DNA of 34,442 bases from a virus. The DNA lies in UHGV virus genome UHGV-0123328; one strand, 5' to 3'. This document shows, one piece after another, positions 15,994-25,581 of this stretch (position 1 is the first letter of the stretch; each line of letters opens with the position of its first letter). The notes below the pieces were generated by a model. That model was not told the DNA's origin and did not search any database. It saw only the letters and a program-made list of their open reading frames with translations. The position numbers were made by a program, and so were the translations under genes.

Positions 15994-16607
15994 CGGACAT
16001 CATCATTAAACGCTACCGCCCTGAAGAGTTTCCGCGTCATCTGGACTTTCTGGAGCGAATGACTGTTACAAAGGGAACTGTAGAGGACTGGCACGCTCTT
16101 AAGTCGCTTCACTACAAAACAGACGGCAAACCTTTCGCGCCAACTTACTATCGCTGCGAACTTGATGACCGTCTGGTGGGCGTCGTGGTTATGGCTTACC
16201 CGAAACTACTGTTGGCACCTCGCCACCGCATGTTTCCTAAGTTGAAACCAACCACTAATACCACCGTGGCTAACCAGTACTGGGGTCGGTACGTGAATAA
16301 CAACTTTGCGGTGATCAGTCGCTCAGTTGTGGATACTCAGTATCGTGGCGTAGGCGTCTCTTATAGAATGATTAACCTGGTTAGCAGGATGCATGACCGG
16401 CCAATCATTGAGATCCAGTCCTCGATGAGCAAATACAATCCCTTCGCCATGAAAGCAGGGTTTAAGTTCATCCGCCCTGAGCGACCGAAGAGCTATGAAA
16501 GTGCACTGCGTGTATTCCAGCGCCATTTCCGTTCCGACCCGGGTGATAACGAGGCGATCGTCAAAGAGTTGTTCGCAATGAGCGAGTCTCGTCGTCGCCG
16601 TGCGTGA
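15990..16607 (+). CDS. GNAT-fold (acetyltransferase-like) protein (205 aa)
   Basis: Motif-A-like VVDTQYRGVGVSYRMINLV and motif-B-like NPFAMKAGFKFI. Start overlaps the upstream stop (ATGA). Confidence 0.5.
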   Translation: MTDIIIKRYRPEEFPRHLDFLERMTVTKGTVEDWHALKSLHYKTDGKPFAPTYYRCELDDRLVGVVVMAYPKLLLAPRHRMFPKLKPTTNTTVANQYWGRYVNNNFAVISRSVVDTQYRGVGVSYRMINLVSRMHDRPIIEIQSSMSKYNPFAMKAGFKFIRPERPKSYESALRVFQRHFRSDPGDNEAIVKELFAMSESRRRRA

Positions 16608-16875
16608 TCTGGTGGCGGACTACCACAAGAACAGTTCCCTGGCAAAAGCTGGGCGGAATCGTGGCACGACGATTCAGGACATTGCCGACAGTCTGGTGGA
16701 CGAGGCCAGCATTGTGAAGCTGCTCAAGGACATTCACAACCTGAGCTTTACGTCTCCGTTGTATGGTGTGTATCGAAACCCTGACTTTGGTCGTCGACTG
16801 CCTGACACGCTGCCACTGCTGGCATTCGACAAACAACCTTTGGATAAACCGTTGGAAATTGCTTTACCGGCATAA
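16600..16875 (+). CDS. Hypothetical small protein (91 aa, GTG start overlapping the upstream gene by 8 nt)
   Basis: ORF continuing the operon; no recognisable motif. Confidence 0.45.
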   Translation: MRDLVADYHKNSSLAKAGRNRGTTIQDIADSLVDEASIVKLLKDIHNLSFTSPLYGVYRNPDFGRRLPDTLPLLAFDKQPLDKPLEIALPA

Positions 16876-16884
16876 GGATTTGCC

Positions 16885-17151
16885 ATGACGTTAACCGATA
16901 AACAAAAGGACATCATCAAAACGCTCAATCTCGGTTATGAGCGAGGTCATCTACTTGATCTGGACGAATTGCTTGAAGTTTTGCCGTACAAGACAACAAA
17001 GCAAAGTATCCAGTTCTCAATTCGCGCTCTGATAAAAAAGGGGCTGGTGGAGAAAGGGCATACGCGCCAACGCAGTGACAATCGCTATCACCGCCGGACT
17101 CTTGGGTTAACCACTTTAGGTCGAGCCAAAGCGAAGTTACTGGTGATGTAA
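16885..17151 (+). CDS. Small basic protein with a possible helix-turn-helix (88 aa); candidate regulator
   Basis: ORF 10 nt after the previous gene; the segment TTKQSIQFSIRALIKKGLV resembles an HTH recognition helix. Sits immediately upstream of the large palindrome and packaging genes. Confidence 0.45.
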   Translation: MTLTDKQKDIIKTLNLGYERGHLLDLDELLEVLPYKTTKQSIQFSIRALIKKGLVEKGHTRQRSDNRYHRRTLGLTTLGRAKAKLLVM

Positions 17152-17175
17152 TCGGTCTGGGAGCTTATTTAAAGA

Positions 17176-17230
17176 CCTGCTTCTGTATATATAAATAATA
17201 AGTAACTTATTAAATATATACGGAAGCAGG
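17176..17230. promoter_or_regulatory. Large imperfect palindrome (about 27-bp arms, CCTGCTTC…GGAAGCAGG) centred on AATAAGTAACTTATT
   Basis: Arms CCTGCTTCTGTATATATAAATAATAAGT and ACTTATTAAATATATACGGAAGCAGG. Located between the regulator-like gene and the small terminase gene. Confidence 0.6.
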
Positions 17231-17347
17231 CTTAGTAAGACATGCCCAGACCTAATTAAACACCCCAGAAAACAAGTTGGTTAGCAGATGCAGTAAACAA
17301 GTTGTTTTAGAGCGCATGGACGCGCTCTGTGTGTTTTAGAGGGATCT

Positions 17348-17980
17348 ATGACGGTCGAAAAAGACGAGGTAAAAACTCGCCTGACACCAGCGGAGTGGGC
17401 CGAAGCTGAAGCCAAATGGACGTCAGGCGAATATACACTCTCAAAGCTGGAGGAAGAGTACGGCATTCGTCGTGAAACACTCTCCAGACATTTCAAAAAG
17501 CGAGGATTAGAGAAAGGCGCGGACTCTGTTGGGAAGATGGTTCGTGAGTCTCTTAAATCTGACGCAGAGCTTCGCGCTAAAGCCCGTGCGGAAAAGATAG
17601 AAGAACGTCGTACACGTTATGACGGCTGGGCGTATGCGTTGGGGCAGATGGTGATGGTCGAAGTCACTACGGCCAAACGTGAGGGTAAGCCTTTAGGGGC
17701 GATTGAGGATTCTCTCAAGAGCTTACAGAGAGCCAGTAATACCCTTGCAAAATGCTTTGAAGTTTCGTCCAAAGCATTGGGCATGGATCATGCGGAAAAT
17801 GACGAGGAAGAAATTCCGAACCTGGTATTTGGTGAGCTTACGCCTTCCCAGGTGGCGAAATTACGTCAGGAAGACGACGAGCCTGAAATCATCGATGACG
17901 AATTGCTTGAGACGTTGGAAGAAGAAGCTCTAAGCGAATTTGATGCGACAGATGATGGAAGTGAAGGGGAGGACGAATAA
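17348..17980 (+). CDS. Terminase small subunit (210 aa), putative
   Basis: Immediately upstream of and overlapping the large terminase (TAATG). N-terminal helix-turn-helix-like segment (YTLSKLEEEYGIRRETLSRHFKKRG) and strongly acidic C-terminus. Confidence 0.6.
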   Translation: MTVEKDEVKTRLTPAEWAEAEAKWTSGEYTLSKLEEEYGIRRETLSRHFKKRGLEKGADSVGKMVRESLKSDAELRAKARAEKIEERRTRYDGWAYALGQMVMVEVTTAKREGKPLGAIEDSLKSLQRASNTLAKCFEVSSKALGMDHAENDEEEIPNLVFGELTPSQVAKLRQEDDEPEIIDDELLETLEEEALSEFDATDDGSEGEDE

Positions 17981-19236
17981 TGGCAATCCCGTCCTCGCTC
18001 AGTCTTGTGCAACTGCATTCTGGACAGATGAAAGTCTTCCAGTCTCCGCATCGATTTAAAGTTGTTTGTGCTGGTCGACGCTGGGGAAAATCCCGGTTGT
18101 CGATCTCCACTATTATTCGTGCGGCGGCAAAGGAAAAAAAGCAAAGAGTCTGGTATGTCGCTCCTACTTACCAGATGGCTCGCCAGATTTTGTGGGACGA
18201 TCTACAGGAAGTTCTGCCTCGTAAGTGGGTTAGGAAAAAGAACGACACCACGATGACAATCGTGTTGAAGAACGGTTCGGAGATCGCCCTCAAAGGTGCT
18301 GATAAGCCTGACACTCTGCGCGGCGTAGCGTTGCATTTTGTAGTGCTTGATGAATTTCAGGATATGAAGGCTGACACCTGGTACAAGGTGTTACGACCTA
18401 CTCTTTCATCGACACGCGGCGGTGCACTGATCATTGGTACGCCAAAAGGCTTCTCGGAATTTCACAAACTGTGGACTATAGGCCAGAACGTAGAGCTGCA
18501 AAGAAAGGGACAGTGGAAGAGCTGGCAGTTTGTAACTGCCGATTCTCCGTTTGTACCTACGGCGGAAATTGAAGCTGCTAAGAACGATATGGACCCGAAA
18601 TCGTTCGCTCAGGAGTACCTGGCGAGCTTTGAGAACATGTCAGGGCGCGTTTACTACCCGTTCGATCGTAACGTGCATGTAAAACCGCTTCAGTTCAACC
18701 CTCGGTTGCCTATATGGGTAGGGCAGGACTTCAACATTGACCCGATGTCTTCAGTAATTTTGCAACCTCAGCCAAATGGTGAGCTATGGGCAATTGATGA
18801 ATTGGTGCTCTTTTCCTCTAACACGGCAGAGGTTTGTGATGAGCTTGAGAGACGCTTCTGGCGCTGGAAATCACAGATAACGGTATTTCCAGATCCGGCA
18901 GGTGCTTATCGCCAACATGCTCGCGGGGAGTCTGACGTCGACATATTCAAAGAGAAGGGATTCTTACGTGTCGATTATTCGAAAAAGCACCCGCCAATTG
19001 CGGATCGTGTTAATGCTGTTAACCGAATGCTGATGACCGCATCTGGAGATATCCGGCTGTATATCGATCCGAAGTGCAAGCATTTGATTGATTCACTGGA
19101 AAAAGTCATCTACAAGCCTGGAACACGAGATATGGATAAGACAGGTGGCATTGAGCATAGTGCAGACGCATTGGGCTATCCAGTACATCGTAGGTATCCA
19201 GTCAAAAACCGTGTTATTCTTGGTGGTTCTCGATAG
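17980..19236 (+). CDS. Terminase large subunit (418 aa)
   Basis: Walker A VCAGRRWGKS and Walker B HFVVLDEF in the N-terminal ATPase; Asp-rich RNase H-like C-terminal nuclease region; position before the portal gene. Confidence 0.85.
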   Translation: MAIPSSLSLVQLHSGQMKVFQSPHRFKVVCAGRRWGKSRLSISTIIRAAAKEKKQRVWYVAPTYQMARQILWDDLQEVLPRKWVRKKNDTTMTIVLKNGSEIALKGADKPDTLRGVALHFVVLDEFQDMKADTWYKVLRPTLSSTRGGALIIGTPKGFSEFHKLWTIGQNVELQRKGQWKSWQFVTADSPFVPTAEIEAAKNDMDPKSFAQEYLASFENMSGRVYYPFDRNVHVKPLQFNPRLPIWVGQDFNIDPMSSVILQPQPNGELWAIDELVLFSSNTAEVCDELERRFWRWKSQITVFPDPAGAYRQHARGESDVDIFKEKGFLRVDYSKKHPPIADRVNAVNRMLMTASGDIRLYIDPKCKHLIDSLEKVIYKPGTRDMDKTGGIEHSADALGYPVHRRYPVKNRVILGGSR

Positions 19237-19262
19237 GTAAGTAATTATCTAAGGTTATTCAA

Positions 19263-20837
19263 ATGGAATTGAACGACAAACAAATTAAGGATCTGGTGGC
19301 GCGACGCCACCCGGAATACGAAAAGAAAAAAGAACATTGGGACTTCCTCGCCAGCACTTACGCTGGCGGGCGTGGTTGGTTTACAGACAATATCTTTCGT
19401 TACTTTAAAGAGGGAGATCAGGAGTTTAAGGAGCGAGTTGAACGTGCTTATCGCTTCAACCACACTCGTGAGGTGGTAAACCTCATCAACAAATATCTCT
19501 TTAAAGAAGACATTCATAGAAATATCGAAGAGGCACCAGAGCAGATCCGCAATTTCTGGAAACGTGCGACTCGCCAGAATGCCTCTATTGACTCATTTAT
19601 GGCCGCTATTGATTTGCAGTCGTCTATTTACGGTCGCATATGGGTTGTTGTCGATAGCACGATGAGTGGTGATGTTGAGTCAGTAGCTGACGAGAAAAAG
19701 AAAGATGCTCGCGCCTACGCCTACTGGATTTCACCTCAGCAAATGCTGGATGTGGCATGGGACGACGACGGGAATATGTTGTGGGCGTTAATTGTGGAAG
19801 TCGCTCGTGATGACGCAGATCCTTTTACTTCTACAGGTCAGGAATACCAACGTTATCGTCTGTGGACACAAAACGAGTGGTATCTGTTCCGCGAGGAAGT
19901 GAAGAAGGGCGCTGGTGGAGCAGGTCGCCGTCAGGCAAAAGTTATTTTAGAGGATAGCGGTGAGCATAATCTCGGCGTAGTTCCTGTGTTTCCTGTTGAT
20001 TGTATTGGAGAAAGTGAATCACCGTATTTCAGCCCATCGTTGATCGATGATATCGCTTATCTTGATCGTGCGGTTGCAAACTATCTGTCAAACCTTGATG
20101 CCATTATTCAGGATCAGACATTTAGCCAGTTGGCTATACCGGTACAGTCGCTTTTACCTGGTGATGAAAACCACACTAAAGTGCTTGAAATGGGCACAAA
20201 GCGAGTCTTCACCTACGATTCTGAAGGTGGAAACCAGCCGTTTTATCTGTCACCAGACCCGAAACAAGCTCAGATGATCATCACTACGATTAAGACGGTG
20301 ATTAACGAAATCTACCATTCAGTTGGTGTAGCTGGTGAGCGAACGAAGCAGGACAACGCACAGGGAATCGATAATTCATCTGGTGCCGCAAAAATGTATG
20401 ACTTCCAGCGTGTAAATAGCTTGCTTGTCACAAAAGCAGAGCGTCTGGAAAGGGCTGAACGCCAAATCATGCTACTGGTTGCGAAATGGATGGGGGCAGA
20501 TCTGGACGAAGACCACTCTTTAATTGCGTATCCAGAAAGTTTCGATATTCGTGGCCTTACTGATGAATTTTCTGTTGCCGAGAAACTGTCATTACTTCAG
20601 GCACCGGACTCTGTACGTCGTCACCAGATGGAAATGCTTATTGAGAAGATTTTCCCGAACATTACTGAGGCGATGAAAAAGGAATTTGATAAAGATCTCT
20701 TGAATTTTCCTCCAAAAAATGATCTAAATACCCTTGAAAATAAGTCAGTACTTACTTATGATCGTGGTACGGCCCAAGAAAGCGGGCAAGATCAACCCCG
20801 AGGGAATGGGGACTCATCTACTCAAGAGAACGAGTGA
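19263..20837 (+). CDS. Portal protein (524 aa)
   Basis: Size and position directly after the large terminase; acidic C-terminal tail. Confidence 0.75.
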   Translation: MELNDKQIKDLVARRHPEYEKKKEHWDFLASTYAGGRGWFTDNIFRYFKEGDQEFKERVERAYRFNHTREVVNLINKYLFKEDIHRNIEEAPEQIRNFWKRATRQNASIDSFMAAIDLQSSIYGRIWVVVDSTMSGDVESVADEKKKDARAYAYWISPQQMLDVAWDDDGNMLWALIVEVARDDADPFTSTGQEYQRYRLWTQNEWYLFREEVKKGAGGAGRRQAKVILEDSGEHNLGVVPVFPVDCIGESESPYFSPSLIDDIAYLDRAVANYLSNLDAIIQDQTFSQLAIPVQSLLPGDENHTKVLEMGTKRVFTYDSEGGNQPFYLSPDPKQAQMIITTIKTVINEIYHSVGVAGERTKQDNAQGIDNSSGAAKMYDFQRVNSLLVTKAERLERAERQIMLLVAKWMGADLDEDHSLIAYPESFDIRGLTDEFSVAEKLSLLQAPDSVRRHQMEMLIEKIFPNITEAMKKEFDKDLLNFPPKNDLNTLENKSVLTYDRGTAQESGQDQPRGNGDSSTQENE

Positions 20838-20858
20838 TAAGTAACAAAAGGAATTTTT

Positions 20859-21746
20859 ATGAATCTGTGGCAAATGCTTTTGGCCCGTCGTGGTCTGATG
20901 GATGTCGCTGAAGCGCATGAGCGTGGAGGCGCTGGCGGTGTAGCTGCTGATAATGAGCAGAGTACACAAGATCCTGACAAACAGGGTGAACAAAAAGAGC
21001 AGCCGAAGGGCGATGACGAATACGCTGGCATGACTCAGGAAGAGTTACTGGCCGAACTTCGTAAAACCAAGAAAGCTGGTGCTGAACTGCTGAAGGAGAA
21101 CATGAAGCGCAAAGAGAAAGAGCGCACATTGGCCGATCAGCTTGCTCAGTACGGTGATATCGATCCGGCTCGTGCTCGCCAGCTTTTAGAAGCTGAACAG
21201 GCCGCAGAAAACGCACGTCGTGAGGCGGAGCAAGCTGAACTGGAGCGTCGTGGTGAGTTCGATGCTGTTAAAAAACAGATGATCGAAGCACACCAGGCAG
21301 AGCTGGCACAGCGTGACGAACGTTATGCAGCACTGGAAAGTGAAAACGCATCACTGAAATCTCAATTAGTCGAGATGACCGTGGGCGCTTCCTTCAGTAA
21401 CTCTCTCTTCCTACGTGACAAAGTTCTGATGACCCCGGCAAAAGCCCGCGTGATCTACGGTTCTCATTTTGAAGTGGGTGAAGACGGTAGCGTAGTGGGT
21501 TATGACAAACCGGCAGGTCACAAAGAACGAGCTGTTCTGGTTGACGGTGAAGGTAAGCCGTTGCCGTTTGAATCCGCGATTGAACGCATTGTGCGGGCAG
21601 ATCCGGAAGCTGACGCATTGATGCGTAGCGAAGCCAAGCAGGGTGTAGGCTCACATTCCAAATCGACCTACACAATATCCCAACCGAAGAACAAGTCGAC
21701 TATGGATAAGTTGGCCTCCGGTCTGGGGAAAATTGGACTTAAGTAA
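20859..21746 (+). CDS. Head scaffolding protein (295 aa), putative
   Basis: Highly charged, coiled-coil-like sequence (AELLKENMKRKEKERT…AEQAAENARREAEQAELERR…) between the portal and capsid genes. Confidence 0.65.
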   Translation: MNLWQMLLARRGLMDVAEAHERGGAGGVAADNEQSTQDPDKQGEQKEQPKGDDEYAGMTQEELLAELRKTKKAGAELLKENMKRKEKERTLADQLAQYGDIDPARARQLLEAEQAAENARREAEQAELERRGEFDAVKKQMIEAHQAELAQRDERYAALESENASLKSQLVEMTVGASFSNSLFLRDKVLMTPAKARVIYGSHFEVGEDGSVVGYDKPAGHKERAVLVDGEGKPLPFESAIERIVRADPEADALMRSEAKQGVGSHSKSTYTISQPKNKSTMDKLASGLGKIGLK

Positions 21747-21771
21747 CATCTAAATCAAAGGGAATTGATAG

Positions 21772-22647
21772 ATGCCATTACTGCGTGAAGAAGCTGAAAA
21801 GCTGTCTAACAACGAACTTGAACAGGGTGTGATCGAAACTATCATCGATCGCGATGACCTGTTTGCCATCCTGCCTTTTATGAAAATTAATTCAAAGGCA
21901 TATCTGTACAACCGTGAAAAAACGCTGAGTGAAGCTACCTTCATCGACGTTAACGACACCATCCCTGAAGGTGCAGCAACCTTCGAAGAATGCGTTGCGA
22001 AACTGCGTATTCTGGCTGGTGACGTAGACGTTGATAAATTCCTGGCAACCACTATGGCCGACACCAATAACCAGTTGGCTATTCAGGTTCGTCAGAAAGT
22101 TAAAGGTCTGGCTCGTGCGTTCCGTCGCAACCTGATTTTGGGTGACTCCAGCTCCAACACCAAAGCGTTCGACGGCATTCCACGCCTGATGCACGCAGAT
22201 CAGAAGATCGATATCGCCGGTGCATCTATGACTTTCTCTATGTTCGACGAACTGGTCGATGCGGTGAAAGATCTTGGTGCTGACTGCATCATGATGCGTT
22301 CAGAGCACCTGCGTGCTTACCGTGCGCTGCTGCGTACAGTAAACGTAGGTCCGTCTGAAATCATGATGGAGAACTTCGGTCGTCCGATGCTGTGTCATAA
22401 CGGCGTTCCGTTCATCATCAACGACTTCATCCCGACCGATTCTGGCAAAGCAAGCATCTACTGCCTGCATCTGTCAGAAGAGAACGGCGTTACTGGTCTG
22501 TATGGCGGCGACAACGCAGGTATCGTTGTTGAAAACATTGGTACTGTACAGAACAAAGACGCAGTACGTACCCGTGTGAAGTGGTACTGCTCTCTGGCGA
22601 ATAAGCACGATAAGGCTATCGCTGCACTGACCAATGTAAAAATTTAA
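21772..22647 (+). CDS. Major capsid protein (291 aa), putative
   Basis: Position after the scaffold gene; followed by a strong terminator at 22680-22709, typical of high-expression capsid genes. Confidence 0.7.
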   Translation: MPLLREEAEKLSNNELEQGVIETIIDRDDLFAILPFMKINSKAYLYNREKTLSEATFIDVNDTIPEGAATFEECVAKLRILAGDVDVDKFLATTMADTNNQLAIQVRQKVKGLARAFRRNLILGDSSSNTKAFDGIPRLMHADQKIDIAGASMTFSMFDELVDAVKDLGADCIMMRSEHLRAYRALLRTVNVGPSEIMMENFGRPMLCHNGVPFIINDFIPTDSGKASIYCLHLSEENGVTGLYGGDNAGIVVENIGTVQNKDAVRTRVKWYCSLANKHDKAIAALTNVKI

Positions 22648-22679
22648 TCAGTGAAGTAGATAAGTAATTATCTATGTTA

Positions 22680-22709
22680 AAGGGTGGGCTATACGCCCAC
22701 CCTTTTTGT
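22680..22709 (+). terminator. Rho-independent terminator after the capsid gene
   Basis: AAGGGTGGGC-tatac-GCCCACCCTT followed by TTTTGT. Confidence 0.75.
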
Positions 22710-22720
22710 AGGAGCGAGAA

Positions 22721-23380
22721 ATGCCAGAACAAAAGATGAAGATTACGGAAGAGGCATTTTCGGATTTTACGGGGCATATGTGCCGTGCCGGATTTACCAA
22801 TTCTATCTCCGATGAACCTTTAACAGAGCGACAACAAAGTCAGCTATCTGCTTGTTTGCAGGCGGTTCCCTTCTCCCAATCCGTAAACATAACCCCGGCT
22901 TCACCGTCAGTTTTGGTTGGGAAAACTGTTCAACTTAGTGCAGGTATTACTATGGGTAAGAGTGCCAGTTCATTCACCTGGAAGTCAGCCAATGATCAAA
23001 TTGCAACCGTCAACGGCACTGGATTAGTAACTGGCGTAGCACCAGGCAAAGTGAAAATTACCGCAACTGATCAGGAAACCCAGCTTTCCGCGTCAGTGGA
23101 AGTCACCGTAAATCCGGTAGCCGTTCAATCCGTAACGGTAACGCCAGACTCAACCTCTGTTGAGAAAGGGAAATCAGTCAGTCTGAAAGCGAATGTTCAG
23201 CCGTCAAATGCGACGAATAAGGCAGTTACCTGGTCTTCCAAAAATAAAGACAAGGCAACGGTAGACCAGAGCGGGAACGTTACTGGTGTAGAAGTTGGCA
23301 CTGCGACGATTGAGATCGTTTCCCAAGATGGTAGCCACAAAGCGACAGCAACTGTAGAAGTTACTGCCGCACAGGAATAA
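22721..23380 (+). CDS. Ig-like (Big_2-type) domain protein (219 aa), probable capsid decoration or accessory protein
   Basis: Two tandem segments with the bacterial Ig-like pattern (…VTGVAPGKVKITATDQ… and …VTGVEVGTATIEIVSQDG…). Confidence 0.65.
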   Translation: MPEQKMKITEEAFSDFTGHMCRAGFTNSISDEPLTERQQSQLSACLQAVPFSQSVNITPASPSVLVGKTVQLSAGITMGKSASSFTWKSANDQIATVNGTGLVTGVAPGKVKITATDQETQLSASVEVTVNPVAVQSVTVTPDSTSVEKGKSVSLKANVQPSNATNKAVTWSSKNKDKATVDQSGNVTGVEVGTATIEIVSQDGSHKATATVEVTAAQE

Positions 23381-23424
23381 CCGATATTGGGCGGCTTTCG
23401 CCGCCTAAGTGGAGAGAAAGCGTT

Positions 23425-23859
23425 ATGAAACCAGCAAAAATTGTTTTATTAGAACCGCAATTTTCCGGTTATTCGGGAATGTTGTGCGGCGTTCAGTTCG
23501 AGAACGGGGTGTCCGTAGCGGAGTTGCCTTTTATCGATCAGCAAAGGATTTGTGCCTCAATGCGAGCATCAACAGTCGAGGGCAAAAATGTTTCTCCGTC
23601 TGCCGCATACAGTGATCGTGGCGAGTTGACCGCAGACCTGATTACCGAGCCAGCAGCACCTGACATTGTGCCAATGAAACGTGGGACACCAGATGAACCG
23701 GCCAAACAGATCCAGACTTTCACACGAGAAGAGTTGGAGTCAATTGCAGACAATGAAGGCATTGCCGGTCTACGTGTGATTGGTAATCAGGTTGGTGTCA
23801 AAGCGAAAGGAATTGTCGAGATGATTGAAGGCATCCTGAAAGCACAAGGCGGTGAGTAA
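23425..23859 (+). CDS. Hypothetical head-tail region protein (144 aa)
   Basis: ORF in the head-to-tail interval; function assigned by position only. Confidence 0.55.
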   Translation: MKPAKIVLLEPQFSGYSGMLCGVQFENGVSVAELPFIDQQRICASMRASTVEGKNVSPSAAYSDRGELTADLITEPAAPDIVPMKRGTPDEPAKQIQTFTREELESIADNEGIAGLRVIGNQVGVKAKGIVEMIEGILKAQGGE

Positions 23860-24692
23860 TGGCGCAGATCGACTCGTATCGTAGCGGTGAAGCTGTTTCC
23901 CTTTCATTTGCCTTCAACGTGCTGGATATCGAATCTGCTACCTACACAGTAAAGGACAGCACCGGGGCTATTCTCGTTGATGGCGAGCCGCTAGAAATTA
24001 CCAGCGGTCAAATGTCGATTCCGGTTGTCGTGTCGGCTGAATATAACCAGCTCTCTGAGAAAGAACGCGATCTGCGGTACGTCATTGTGAAGGCTGTTGC
24101 ATCGGGTCTGACGCATGAAGAGCGGCAAATGTATGTTCTGCTGAATAGTTTTGAACTGTCGATACCAGAACAGTCGTTTGCAACTGTCGCTGATGCTCAA
24201 ATGCAGGCGATCGATATGCTGAATGGGGACACTTTGCTGTCGGATGGTGAAGGCTTAATGCGCAAGCGTCTCATTGAGGCTACCAGACGAATTAAAACTT
24301 TACCGTTCTCAATCCGCAAAATTCTACGTATCGACTTTGACCGATACGATCGCCCTCAAAATATGCTGAATGTGTATGACATTCCGTGGGGAGCAGATGG
24401 AGCGTACCGGCATGATTTAGTCGATTGGGAAAAGATGACGCAGGAGAAGTTTGAAGAGTTCCCTGACTACTTCAAAGAAGCGTTGATGCTTGCCGTTGTC
24501 AACGAAGCGTGTGAGATCGCAAATGGCAATGATGTAGCCGCAGCACGAGAGGATGGCATTTTGTCAGAGTCCATCGGTGAAACAACCAACATGTACCGTA
24601 CCGGTAAAGCTGCAAACGTGCATGTGGCTCGTAGTACCTGGCGCTTGCTGGTCAGTTACATCAACAACCGTATGATTGTTCGCCGTGCGTAA
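23859..24692 (+). CDS. Hypothetical head-tail region protein (277 aa)
   Basis: Start overlaps the upstream stop (TAATG); function assigned by position only. Confidence 0.6.
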   Translation: MAQIDSYRSGEAVSLSFAFNVLDIESATYTVKDSTGAILVDGEPLEITSGQMSIPVVVSAEYNQLSEKERDLRYVIVKAVASGLTHEERQMYVLLNSFELSIPEQSFATVADAQMQAIDMLNGDTLLSDGEGLMRKRLIEATRRIKTLPFSIRKILRIDFDRYDRPQNMLNVYDIPWGADGAYRHDLVDWEKMTQEKFEEFPDYFKEALMLAVVNEACEIANGNDVAAAREDGILSESIGETTNMYRTGKAANVHVARSTWRLLVSYINNRMIVRRA

Positions 24693-24771
24693 CGCCAGTC
24701 GCATTATTTACTTTTGGTCGAAAGGGTTTTTGGCCAGTAATGAGAGCGACCGACAACAACAGGGAGAGAGC

Positions 24772-25116
24772 ATGAATATTTCGTGGCAAACAGAAATTGC
24801 GATCTACCGCTTTGGCGCAAAGAACGTTTACGGCGAGGCGCAATTACAATTCGTCAGGAAGACGAATGTCGGCGTGGTTAAGTTCGAACAGAGTAATGAG
24901 AAATCGTCAGTTCGTGCTGATAGCTCTGGTAGTCGTGGTAAGGCGAGTCTGGAGCTGTTTGATGCTGTGTTAGTTGTCCCTTTAGAAGCGGCTGTACAAC
25001 TTGATGATGTGCTGATCCTTGAAGGTCAAAAATTAAAGGTGTCCAGTGTTCATCGCCGCTGGGGGCTACGAGGAAGACCTGGGCATCTTGAAGTAGGGGC
25101 GAATATATGGGTCTGA
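24772..25116 (+). CDS. Hypothetical head-tail joining protein (114 aa; ORF track start 24676)
   Basis: AGGGAGAGAG Shine-Dalgarno before ATG 24772. Confidence 0.55.
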   Translation: MNISWQTEIAIYRFGAKNVYGEAQLQFVRKTNVGVVKFEQSNEKSSVRADSSGSRGKASLELFDAVLVVPLEAAVQLDDVLILEGQKLKVSSVHRRWGLRGRPGHLEVGANIWV

Positions 25117-25580
25117 AATACGATGCGCATCAGTTCAAACGTGCGGGGAATCGACTCAACAACAGCCAGAAAGCATTTAAGCGATATCTTATCCGGGACA
25201 TGGAAAAGCTGGCGCGTTTGGTTGAGCGTCTCAGCCGTGCAATGGCCCCGCTGGAAACCGGATCTCTGGAGACAGCCATCTTTGCCAGGGTGATTAAAGA
25301 AGGTTATTCAGGGCTGCGTATTGAGCTTTCTGTGTCTGGAGCAAAACCACGTCAGGGGCATCCGGGCGTAGAAGTAGGTGACTATGCTAAGTACATGGAG
25401 CTGGGTAAATACCGACTCGGTTATCTTTCTCGAATGAAGAACGTGACAAACCCACCAATTGCCGGTGTTAAACCCCGTGTTGGGCCACACTTTCTGGAAA
25501 GAGCGGTGGAAATTAGCGAGAAGCAGTTCTCAGAAGCGATTCTTGAGGCTGCCAGAAAAGCCGGATTTACGAGAGGTTAA
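25107..25580 (+). CDS. Hypothetical head-tail protein (157 aa)
   Basis: Overlaps the preceding gene by 10 nt; position only. Confidence 0.55.
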   Translation: MGLKYDAHQFKRAGNRLNNSQKAFKRYLIRDMEKLARLVERLSRAMAPLETGSLETAIFARVIKEGYSGLRIELSVSGAKPRQGHPGVEVGDYAKYMELGKYRLGYLSRMKNVTNPPIAGVKPRVGPHFLERAVEISEKQFSEAILEAARKAGFTRG

Positions 25581-25581
25581 T

